This document shows, piece after piece, positions 34,302 through 41,940 of a DNA stretch of 43,142 nt. The notes beneath the pieces are model-generated. The model saw nothing but the letters and a program-made list of their open reading frames with translations, was not told where the DNA came from and made no database searches. Origin of the DNA: Candidatus Omnitrophica bacterium CG1_02_40_15 (GTDB lineage Bacteria; Omnitrophota; Gorgyraeia; Gorgyraeales; Gorgyraeaceae); assembly GCA_001871815.1 (NCBI GenBank), contig MNVP01000075.1:1-43142 (forward strand), given 5' to 3'. The first letter of the stretch is position 1. Every line of letters starts with the position of its first letter. The position numbers were made by a program, and so were the translations under genes.

Positions 34302-35495
34302 ATGAAATTCAATACAATACCTGAAATTATTAAGGATCTGAGAAAAGGCAAGATGGTCATTGTTGTGGATGACGAAGATCGCGAGAACGAGGGAGACCTT
34401 GTTATTGCAGCCAGTTTTGCTGCGCCTTCAGCGATTAATTTCATAATAAAGTATGCCAGGGGGCTTGTGTGTATGCCCATGGAAGGCGAAAGGCTTGATG
34501 AACTTGGGCTGCATCCAATGTTTGAGGACAATCAGGATACTTTTAAGACTGCATGGGCTATCTCTGTGGACGCTAAAAAAAGGACAACTACAGGTATATC
34601 CGCTCATGATCGCTCAGTTACTATAAAGGACCTTATAAATCCTAGTACAAAACCCGATGATCTTGCAAGGCCTGGCCATGTATTTCCTTTGCGGGCAAAA
34701 GATGGCGGAGTTTTAACGCGAGCGGGCCATACAGAGGCATGCGTTGATTTGATGAAGCTGGCAGGATTGTATCCGGCAGGGGTTATATGCGAGATAATAA
34801 ATGATGATGGCACTATGGCCAGGCAGAAAGACCTGGTAAAATTTTCAAAAAAATATAAACTTAAAATATGCACGATCGCCAGTTTAATTAATTACAGGCG
34901 GAAATCAGAGAGGCTTGTGACTTGTATTGCCTCCAGCCAAATCCCTACAGATTACGGGATGTTTAAATTATATCTTTATGAATCAAGTATTGATAAATAT
35001 CAGCATATAGCGCTTGTAAAAGGCGATGTGAAAGGAAAAAGAGATGTTTTAGTGCGCGTACATTCAGAATGCCTTACAGGCGATATATTTGGCTCTAGAA
35101 GATGCGATTGCGGGGAACAGCTTCGTAAGACTATGAGGCTTATAGGAGAAAGGCCAAGAGGCGTTCTTTTATATATGAGGCAGGAAGGCCGCGGCATAGG
35201 GCTGGTGAATAAGATAAAGGCATATACGCTGCAGGATAAAGGCTTTGATACAGTAGAGGCAAATGAACAGCTTGGTTTTAAGCCGGATTTGAGAGATTAT
35301 GGCATAGGCGCTCAAATATTAGCAGACTTGGGGTTGAAGACAATCCAGCTTATTACAAATAATCCGCGCAAGATAGTGGGTTTATCAGGTTATGGACTGG
35401 AGGTGGTAAAAAGGGTTCCTATGGAAGTGCAGCCTAATAGCGCTAATAAGAGGTATCTGGAAACCAAAAAGAAAAAATTAGGGCATCTTATTTAA
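34302..35495 (+). CDS. ribBA: bifunctional DHBP synthase / GTP cyclohydrolase II
   Basis: [43 protein letters not shown]. Start ATG 34302 ([10 protein letters not shown]). Confidence 0.9.
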   Translation: MKFNTIPEIIKDLRKGKMVIVVDDEDRENEGDLVIAASFAAPSAINFIIKYARGLVCMPMEGERLDELGLHPMFEDNQDTFKTAWAISVDAKKRTTTGISAHDRSVTIKDLINPSTKPDDLARPGHVFPLRAKDGGVLTRAGHTEACVDLMKLAGLYPAGVICEIINDDGTMARQKDLVKFSKKYKLKICTIASLINYRRKSERLVTCIASSQIPTDYGMFKLYLYESSIDKYQHIALVKGDVKGKRDVLVRVHSECLTGDIFGSRRCDCGEQLRKTMRLIGERPRGVLLYMRQEGRGIGLVNKIKAYTLQDKGFDTVEANEQLGFKPDLRDYGIGAQILADLGLKTIQLITNNPRKIVGLSGYGLEVVKRVPMEVQPNSANKRYLETKKKKLGHLI

Positions 35496-35496
35496 A

Positions 35497-35525
35497 GTAG
35501 GGCCAGCACATTGTGCTGGCCCTAC
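35497..35525. repeat. Family A palindrome, copy A4
   Basis: GTAGGGCCAGCACATTGTGCTGGCCCTAC, starting 2 nt after the ribBA stop. Confidence 0.9.
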
Positions 35526-35541
35526 AACAAGAGGGGGGCGT

Positions 35542-36006
35542 ATGTATAAAATAATTCAGGGGGAACTTATTGCAAAAGGCAGGAAATTTGGTATCATAGC
35601 ATCCAGATTCAATGACTTTATTACCAACAGGCTGCTGGAAGGATGCGTTGATGAACTTACAAGGCATGGCGCAAAAGATAGCGATATAGAAGTTGTCTGG
35701 GCTCCTGGCGCATTTGAGATACCTGTTCTCGCAAACCATATGGCAAAGAGCAAAAAATATGATTCAATAATATGCCTTGGCACTATAATAAAAGGAGCAA
35801 CGCCTCATTTTGATTATATCGCAAGCGAGGCATCGAAAGGCATTGCGAATGTTTCTTTAAATACAGGCGTGCCTTTGATATTCGGAATAATTACAGCTGA
35901 TTCAATAGAGCAGGCAATAGAAAGGGCAGGCACAAAACATGGCAACAAAGGCCGTGACGCAGCCCGCTCAGCTATTGAAATGGCTAATTTAATCAAGTAT
36001 ATCTAA
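35542..36006 (+). CDS. ribH: 6,7-dimethyl-8-ribityllumazine synthase
   Basis: [43 protein letters not shown]. Confidence 0.95.
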   Translation: MYKIIQGELIAKGRKFGIIASRFNDFITNRLLEGCVDELTRHGAKDSDIEVVWAPGAFEIPVLANHMAKSKKYDSIICLGTIIKGATPHFDYIASEASKGIANVSLNTGVPLIFGIITADSIEQAIERAGTKHGNKGRDAARSAIEMANLIKYI

Positions 36007-36013
36007 CCATGTA

Positions 36014-36042
36014 GTAGGGACAGGACAATGTCCTGTCCCTAC
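36014..36042. repeat. Family A palindrome, copy A5
   Basis: GTAGGGACAGGACAATGTCCTGTCCCTAC, between ribH and nusB. Confidence 0.9.
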
Positions 36043-36056
36043 GGACCGTAAAAAAT

Positions 36057-36485
36057 ATGCGTAAAAGGACTTTTGCAAGGGAATGCGCTTTAAAGATCCT
36101 CTATAGGATAGAGATTTCTAAGGAGTCTGTAGATTCCAGCTTCAAAGACTTCTGGTCAAAAACAGCTGAGTCTATGGACAAGGAATCCCATGATTTTGCT
36201 GAAGCGCTGGTAAAAGGCGCGTGCGAAAATATTAAGACAATAGATGAGATTATTTCAAAATATACGGATAACTGGAGTATATCCAGGATGGCTGTTATAG
36301 ACAGGAACATTATGCGCATGTCTATATATGAGATGCTTTATAGAGATGATATACCGCCGAATGTTTCTATAAACGAGGCTATAGAGCTTGCCAAAAAGTA
36401 TGGGGACGTTGATTCTGGAAAGTTTGTCAATGGGATATTGGATAAGATTAAAAAAACAGAATGCAAGAAAATCGCTTCGCGATAA
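36057..36485 (+). CDS. nusB: transcription antitermination factor NusB
   Basis: [40 protein letters not shown]...KFVNGILD. Confidence 0.9.
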   Translation: MRKRTFARECALKILYRIEISKESVDSSFKDFWSKTAESMDKESHDFAEALVKGACENIKTIDEIISKYTDNWSISRMAVIDRNIMRMSIYEMLYRDDIPPNVSINEAIELAKKYGDVDSGKFVNGILDKIKKTECKKIASR

Positions 36486-36546
36486 CTTTAATGCTATTTT
36501 CAGTGGTTAGGAAAGTGTTTTATACTTTCCTATACCATAAACAGTA

Positions 36547-36638
36547 GTTCTCGACTCGGCCAAATATTCTTCGAGCGTAGTCGAGAATCCCTCGACTTTA
36601 CTCGGGACAGGGATATTTGGCCTCGCTCGAACAATATT
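36547..36638. repeat. Family B composite element, copy B6 (permuted module order)
   Basis: GTTCTCGACTCGGCCAAATATTCTTCGAGCGTAGTCGAGAATCCCTCGACTTTACTCGGGACAGGGATATTTGGCCTCGCTCGAACAATATT. Ends 5 nt before the ATG of the PHP gene. Confidence 0.85.
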
Positions 36639-36643
36639 GCTAA

Positions 36644-37489
36644 ATGGGCAAAGTAGCTGACCTTCACGTCCATACAAACGTTTCTGACGGCACCTTTTCT
36701 CCTGAAAAGGTTGTTGGATTAGCCAAGCTGGAAGGCCTGGACGCTATCGCAATAACAGACCATGACACTTGCGCCGCGATTGCGCCTGCCATTATGGCTG
36801 CAAAAGATATGGATATAGAGATTATCCCTGGCGTGGAATTGACCGCGGAACTGGAAGACGATGAAATACATATACTGGGGTATTTTATAGACTGGCAGGA
36901 GAGCTCATTTATAAAAAAACTGGAAGAATTGTGCAGGGTCAGGGAAGAGAGGGCAAAGGAGATTTTAAGAAAGCTGAACGAACAGGGTATTGATTTAAAA
37001 TATGAGGATTTGCTGGAAATCGCAGGCTCCAGGACTGGCTCTGTGGGAAGACTGCACATAGCAAATCTTTTGTATAAAAAAGGAAAGGTAGCTTGTATTA
37101 GAGAAGCATTTACAAAATATATTGGCAATGATTCGCCTGCGTATGTAAAGAAATTCAAATTATCTCCAAGAGAGGCAGCGGATATGATAAAAGCTGTAGG
37201 CGGGGTCAGCGTTCTAGCCCATCCTAAAACAATTAATACAGAAACTAAACCTTTAAAAGATATTGTGAAAATACTTGCAGGTGAAGGCATACAGGGTATA
37301 GAGGTGTATCATTCAGATCATAATAACAGGGAATTATCCGAATTCAAGAAACTGGCCGGCGAATATGGCTTGCTTATAACAGGCGGCTCTGATTGCCATG
37401 GGCTTGGGAAAAGAGAGGTACTGCTGGGCAAGGTAAAGGTTCCGTATGAGCTTGTGGAAAAACTAAGAGATGCGGCGATGGCGAGGTAA
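36644..37489 (+). CDS. PHP-domain phosphoesterase (TrpH/YciV-like)
   Basis: DLHVHTNVSDGT, AITDHDT, GGSDCHG metal-binding motifs. Confidence 0.8.
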   Translation: MGKVADLHVHTNVSDGTFSPEKVVGLAKLEGLDAIAITDHDTCAAIAPAIMAAKDMDIEIIPGVELTAELEDDEIHILGYFIDWQESSFIKKLEELCRVREERAKEILRKLNEQGIDLKYEDLLEIAGSRTGSVGRLHIANLLYKKGKVACIREAFTKYIGNDSPAYVKKFKLSPREAADMIKAVGGVSVLAHPKTINTETKPLKDIVKILAGEGIQGIEVYHSDHNNRELSEFKKLAGEYGLLITGGSDCHGLGKREVLLGKVKVPYELVEKLRDAAMAR

Positions 37490-37492
37490 TTT

Positions 37493-38617
37493 ATGAAGAG
37501 ACATGAATTTTTTATGAGAAAGGTTTTGGAGCTGGCTGAAAAAGGTAAGGGAACTACCAGCCCTAACCCTATGGTAGGCGCGTTGGTCGTAAAGAATGGG
37601 AAAATTATAGTAAGCGCTTATCATAGACGGCCAGGAGGCCTGCACGCAGAGGCTATCGCGCTAAAAAGAGCTGGCCAGAAGGCAAAAGGCGCGACGCTTT
37701 ATGTGAATCTTGAGCCATGCGCCCATTTAGGAAGAACGCCTCCATGCTCAAAGGCAATTATAAAAAGCGGTATAAAAGAGGTTTATTGCTCGATGATTGA
37801 CCCGAATCCTTTGAATAATGGAAAAGGCAAAAAGGAATTAGAGAAAAATGGCGTTAACGTTAGAGTGGGGATTTTAGCTGAAGAAGCAGCAAAGTTAAAT
37901 GAAGTTTTTATAAAATATGTTACAAAGAAGATGCCTTTTGTGACAATAAAGGTTGCCGAGTCTCTGGACGGCAAGATAGCTACAAGGACAATGGATTCTA
38001 AATGGATTAGTTCAGAGGCCTCCAGGGATTATTCGCACAGTCTGCGCAGCGAGATGGATGCTGTGCTTGTGGGCGTGAATACAATAATGAGAGATAACCC
38101 GATCCTGACTTCAAGAAGGAATAAGTCACCTATAAAGATAGTGTTAGATTCAAATCTAAGGGTTTCTGAAAACGCAAATATCTTTTCAAAAAAGTCTCCA
38201 GCCTTGAATATAGTAGCGATTTTAAAGAAATCATTAAAGGCCCCGCATATATTGAAAAAAGTAGAGAGATTTAATAAAAGAGGGATTCTCATTGTAGCGT
38301 GCCCTGGCAAGAATAACAGGATTGACCTGGAATGGCTTTTAAAAGAGCTGGCAGAACTTGAGATCAGCCGCTTATTAGTAGAAGGCGGAGGCGATACTAT
38401 AGCAGGATTTTTAGAGCAAGGATTTGTGGACAGAGTTTTATTTTTTATAGCTCCGAAGATCATAGGCGGCAGGAATGCAGTGACTTCTGTTGAAGGTAGA
38501 GGCGTAGGTAAGGTAAGCTATGCTATAAAATTGAAAAATGTGAAAGTTGAAATGATCGGCGGCGAAGATATTTTAATCAGCGGTAAGCCCAACAACTTGA
38601 CAAATCAACAATGTTGA
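37493..38617 (+). CDS. ribD: bifunctional riboflavin biosynthesis deaminase/reductase
   Basis: HAEAIAL plus EPCAHLGRTPPC deaminase zinc motifs. Reductase part KVAESLDGKIA...VEGGG. The last 9 codons and the stop lie within a 47-nt palindrome. Confidence 0.9.
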   Translation: MKRHEFFMRKVLELAEKGKGTTSPNPMVGALVVKNGKIIVSAYHRRPGGLHAEAIALKRAGQKAKGATLYVNLEPCAHLGRTPPCSKAIIKSGIKEVYCSMIDPNPLNNGKGKKELEKNGVNVRVGILAEEAAKLNEVFIKYVTKKMPFVTIKVAESLDGKIATRTMDSKWISSEASRDYSHSLRSEMDAVLVGVNTIMRDNPILTSRRNKSPIKIVLDSNLRVSENANIFSKKSPALNIVAILKKSLKAPHILKKVERFNKRGILIVACPGKNNRIDLEWLLKELAELEISRLLVEGGGDTIAGFLEQGFVDRVLFFIAPKIIGGRNAVTSVEGRGVGKVSYAIKLKNVKVEMIGGEDILISGKPNNLTNQQC

Positions 38618-38634
38618 TTTGTCAAGTTGTTGGG
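38588..38634. repeat. perfect 47-nt palindrome (23-nt arms)
   Basis: CCCAACAACTTGACAAATCAACA A TGTTGATTTGTCAAGTTGTTGGG spans the ribD 3' end and the ribD-ribE gap. Confidence 0.9.
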
Positions 38635-38647
38635 ATGAGGTGGAAGG

Positions 38648-39277
38648 ATGTTTACAGGGATAATTGAAGAAATAGGCATTGTAAAGGAAATAAATAAGAC
38701 TAGCACAGGCGTTTTATTGAAGATAAAAACAGAAAAAGTGTATTCCGACGCTAAAATAGGCGACAGTATCTGCGTAAACGGTTCATGCTTGAGCGTAGTT
38801 GAAATCAGCGGGAATATTTTAAGTTTTGATGTAATACCTGAAACGCTTAAAAGGACTGCTCTGGCCCACTTAAAGATTAATTATTCTGTGAACATGGAAA
38901 GAAGCATTAAGGCTGATTCCAGGATAGGCGGCCATTTTCTCACAGGCCATGTGGATTATAAAGGCAGTATTCTTGATATATCCAGAAAATCAGAAGGCGT
39001 TGGCTTTAAGTTGCCGCTTCCAAAAGAATATTCCAATTTTGTGGTTGAAAAAGGCTCTGTAGGGCTTGATGGCGTCAGCCTTACAGTGGCAAGCGTGACA
39101 AAAGAATATTTTACAGTATATCTTATACCGCATACACTTAAAAGCACCACGTTTTCTACAAAGAAAAAAGGCGATTTTATAAATATTGAGACAGATATAA
39201 TAGGAAAATATGTAGCAAAAGATAAAGCAAAAGCCAGTGATTTCAAAGATATCCTGAGAGAATACGGATATATGTAG
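38648..39277 (+). CDS. ribE: riboflavin synthase alpha chain
   Basis: MFTGIIEEIG and two lumazine-binding repeats (GDSICVNGSCLSV; GSVGLDGVSLTV). Confidence 0.9.
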   Translation: MFTGIIEEIGIVKEINKTSTGVLLKIKTEKVYSDAKIGDSICVNGSCLSVVEISGNILSFDVIPETLKRTALAHLKINYSVNMERSIKADSRIGGHFLTGHVDYKGSILDISRKSEGVGFKLPLPKEYSNFVVEKGSVGLDGVSLTVASVTKEYFTVYLIPHTLKSTTFSTKKKGDFINIETDIIGKYVAKDKAKASDFKDILREYGYM

Positions 39278-39284
39278 CAATATA

Positions 39285-40325
39285 ATGCCACGCCGAATAT
39301 TTGTTAAAATATTTTTTGGGTTTGTAATATTAGTAGTCATATTTTCCGCAGTAGTTTATTTTTTCGCTAAACCAATTCTTCTCTCCGTAACTCAGAAAGA
39401 ACTCCATAAGGTTTTCAAAGAAAGTTCTGTTCAGGGCATAAAAGTCACACTTAATTTCGCGGAATTCCAAAATATAAAGATCAGAGAAAAAAGGTCTGAT
39501 GTGTATATTAAAAAGGCAAGGGTTTATTATGATCTGCGCTCAATATTGGATAAGAAAATAAATAAGGCAGAAGCTATTGACGTAGATTTGAATTTCGATA
39601 AAGACGATATAAAAATAAAGGCAAAGGCGTCTTTGCGATTAGACATGGCTGCGAAGACCATTGATTACATAAAACTCAATGTTTCTTCATGTAAGACTGA
39701 TTTATTTGAGATAGAAGGTTTGATTCTAAGCGCATCTCAGGGCCAGGATACAGGAGAATTTTACATAAAAGGGATTAATTACAATAACTTAAAAGTAGCT
39801 GATGTTATGGGAAAAAGCGAGTTAAAAGGCAAGTTTCTGCGCATAAAACCTTTATTAGTAAGTTTTCTCGGGGGCAATGTGAAAGGAGAATTTAACATTA
39901 CATTGGACCAGGATATGGATTATAATTTAAGCCTTGATACGCAGGGTATGGAGATAAGGAGATTTGTGGATGATATGAAGCTTAACGAGAAATTTGACAT
40001 GACAGGGAGATTGGGCGGCGCGTTTTATCTCTCAGGTAAAGGCCAGGACATAAAAGACATAAAAGGCGATTTTAATACAGGCGCCCCAGGAGGCGTATTG
40101 ATTATAAAGGATAAAACGTTTCTTGAAAATGTTGCTAAACAGTCAAACCAATCACCTGATATAATAGTGGAAAGTTTTAAGAATTACAATTATAATAATG
40201 GGATAATAAAGCTTTTTATGGAAAGCGGGAATATAGGGCTGGATTTAAAATTAGATGGGAACTCAGGCAAGCGGAGCCTTACGGTTATTTTGCATGACTT
40301 TAACAAGGGAAAGGAGAAACCATGA
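39285..40325 (+). CDS. membrane-anchored YdbH-like (AsmA-like family) protein, short form
   Basis: N-terminal TM. C-terminal GGNVKGEFNITLDQDMDYNLSLDTQGMEI...MTGRLGGAFYLSGKG. Context immediately upstream of a ynbE/ydbL-like gene. Much shorter than E. coli YdbH. Confidence 0.45.
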   Translation: MPRRIFVKIFFGFVILVVIFSAVVYFFAKPILLSVTQKELHKVFKESSVQGIKVTLNFAEFQNIKIREKRSDVYIKKARVYYDLRSILDKKINKAEAIDVDLNFDKDDIKIKAKASLRLDMAAKTIDYIKLNVSSCKTDLFEIEGLILSASQGQDTGEFYIKGINYNNLKVADVMGKSELKGKFLRIKPLLVSFLGGNVKGEFNITLDQDMDYNLSLDTQGMEIRRFVDDMKLNEKFDMTGRLGGAFYLSGKGQDIKDIKGDFNTGAPGGVLIIKDKTFLENVAKQSNQSPDIIVESFKNYNYNNGIIKLFMESGNIGLDLKLDGNSGKRSLTVILHDFNKGKEKP

Positions 40326-40894
40326 AAAATATTTTTATAGCGCTCATAGCGCTGATTGCTTTTTTTGGATGCGCCAGGGTAAGAGTAGAGGCGCCCAAGG
40401 ATCCGATAAAGCTGGATATATCAATGAGGCTGGATATTTATCAGCATGTGGCAAAGGATATCGATGCTATTGAAGGCATAGTTTCCGGGAATGAAAAGAA
40501 ACCAGCTGTTGGTAAACAGGGAACATGGCTGGATATATTTGTAAAAGATGCGTATGCCCAGGAATCATTCGGGCCTGAGGTTGAAAAAGCAGCTTATAGC
40601 CGCAGGGATAGGAAAAGTGAATTAGATTCATGGGAGGAAAAGGGAGTTATCGGAGAGAATAAACTTGGCATGGTTGAAATAAGAGGAAGCGCAGATTCTT
40701 CAACCAAGGCTTTAATTGATGCAGAAAACAGCGACCGCATGGTAATATATAAGGCGATTGCTTCTAAAAATGGAATCTCCATAGAAGAGGTTCAAAAAAT
40801 ATATGCCAAGAAACTTCAGGATGGAGCTAACTCTGGAACACCTATAGAAACTTTAAATGAATCCAGCGGCCAGTATGAGTGGAAGGTAAAATGA
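40322..40894 (+). CDS. lipoprotein: YnbE-like N-terminal part fused to a DUF1318/YdbL-like C-terminal part
   Basis: Lipobox FFGC. CARVRVEAPKDPIKLDISMRLDI is YnbE-like. GVIGENKLGMVEI...IDAENSDRMVIYKAIASKNGISIEEVQKIYA is YdbL-like. Confidence 0.65.
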   Translation: MKNIFIALIALIAFFGCARVRVEAPKDPIKLDISMRLDIYQHVAKDIDAIEGIVSGNEKKPAVGKQGTWLDIFVKDAYAQESFGPEVEKAAYSRRDRKSELDSWEEKGVIGENKLGMVEIRGSADSSTKALIDAENSDRMVIYKAIASKNGISIEEVQKIYAKKLQDGANSGTPIETLNESSGQYEWKVK

Positions 40895-41940
40895 TAATAA
40901 TAGTTAATTTAGTAGGTTTTTTTATTATAGCTATCCTGATATTATTTTTTAACAAAAAGGCTAGAGAGTCTGCGTCAAAGGAGAGCGAAGAAAAGATAAA
41001 TACTCTTCGCAGCGAATGGAGCGATACGCTTTCTAAAAATACAGAGCTTATTTTAAAACAGCTTAATGAAAGCGCCAAGGTCCAGCAGATGGTAAGCTCC
41101 AGTATGGGCGAGAGGTTTGATAACGCGGCAAAGGTTTTCGGCGATGTGAAAAAAAGCCTTGGTTCCCTGGATGAAAAAACCCAGCAGATTTACGAGGTTG
41201 GCAAAGATATAGCGAGTTTACAGGAAATACTCAAAGCCCCTAAAATGAGAGGCGGGCTCGGAGAGCTGTTTCTGGAATCGCTTCTTGAGCAGATAATGCC
41301 TCATAAGGATTTTTATGAGCTTCAGCATTGTTTTAAGACAGGCGAGAGGGTGGATGCTGCCATCAAGATAGGGACCAGGCTTGTGCCTGTGGATTCAAAA
41401 TTTCCGCTGGAGAGTTTTAAGAGGTTTGTAGACGCGCAAAATGACGATGATAAAAAGCGCGCAAAAAGGGAGTTTACAAAAGCAGTTAAAGACCATATAG
41501 ATTCTATCGCAGATAAATATATACTTCCGGATGAAGGCACGTATGACTTTGCGCTGATGTATATACCTGCTGAGAATGTCTATTACGAAACAATCATAAA
41601 GGATGAAGTTTTTGGAGAAGAAAAGTCCATATTCAGCCACGCCATATCCAAAAAAGTAATACCTGTATCGCCGAATAGTTTTTATGCGTACCTGCAGGTG
41701 ATTATCCTTGGCATGAAAGGGTTGAAGGTAGAAGAAAAGGCGCAAGAAGTGATAAAGATGCTCATTACTTTGAAAGGTTCTCTTGGGAAATTCACAGAGG
41801 ATTTCGAAGTAATAGGGACTCATATCGACAATATAAAATCAAGCTATGAAAGGGCAGTAAAAAGTTTGGATAAATTCGAAGATAAACTGCTCTCGGCAGA
41901 TTCGCTGGAAGAAAAAAATAAAATTGAGAACAAAGGATAG
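40891..41940 (+). CDS. rmuC: DNA recombination protein RmuC
   Basis: N-terminal TM, coiled coil, RGGLGELFLESLL, VDAAIKIGTRLVPVDSKFP, MYIPAENVYYE. ATGA overlap with the upstream stop. Confidence 0.85.
   Translation: MIIIVNLVGFFIIAILILFFNKKARESASKESEEKINTLRSEWSDTLSKNTELILKQLNESAKVQQMVSSSMGERFDNAAKVFGDVKKSLGSLDEKTQQIYEVGKDIASLQEILKAPKMRGGLGELFLESLLEQIMPHKDFYELQHCFKTGERVDAAIKIGTRLVPVDSKFPLESFKRFVDAQNDDDKKRAKREFTKAVKDHIDSIADKYILPDEGTYDFALMYIPAENVYYETIIKDEVFGEEKSIFSHAISKKVIPVSPNSFYAYLQVIILGMKGLKVEEKAQEVIKMLITLKGSLGKFTEDFEVIGTHIDNIKSSYERAVKSLDKFEDKLLSADSLEEKNKIENKG

Noticed and set aside
35497-36042. Family A palindromes after ribBA and ribH as intrinsic terminators.
   Set aside because: No U-tract follows any copy, and the downstream genes (ribH, nusB) belong to the same riboswitch-controlled operon.
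40255-40473. 72-aa ORF overlapping the junction of the ydbH-like and ynbE::ydbL genes.
   Set aside because: It is out of frame with and overlaps two better-supported genes, and has no motifs.
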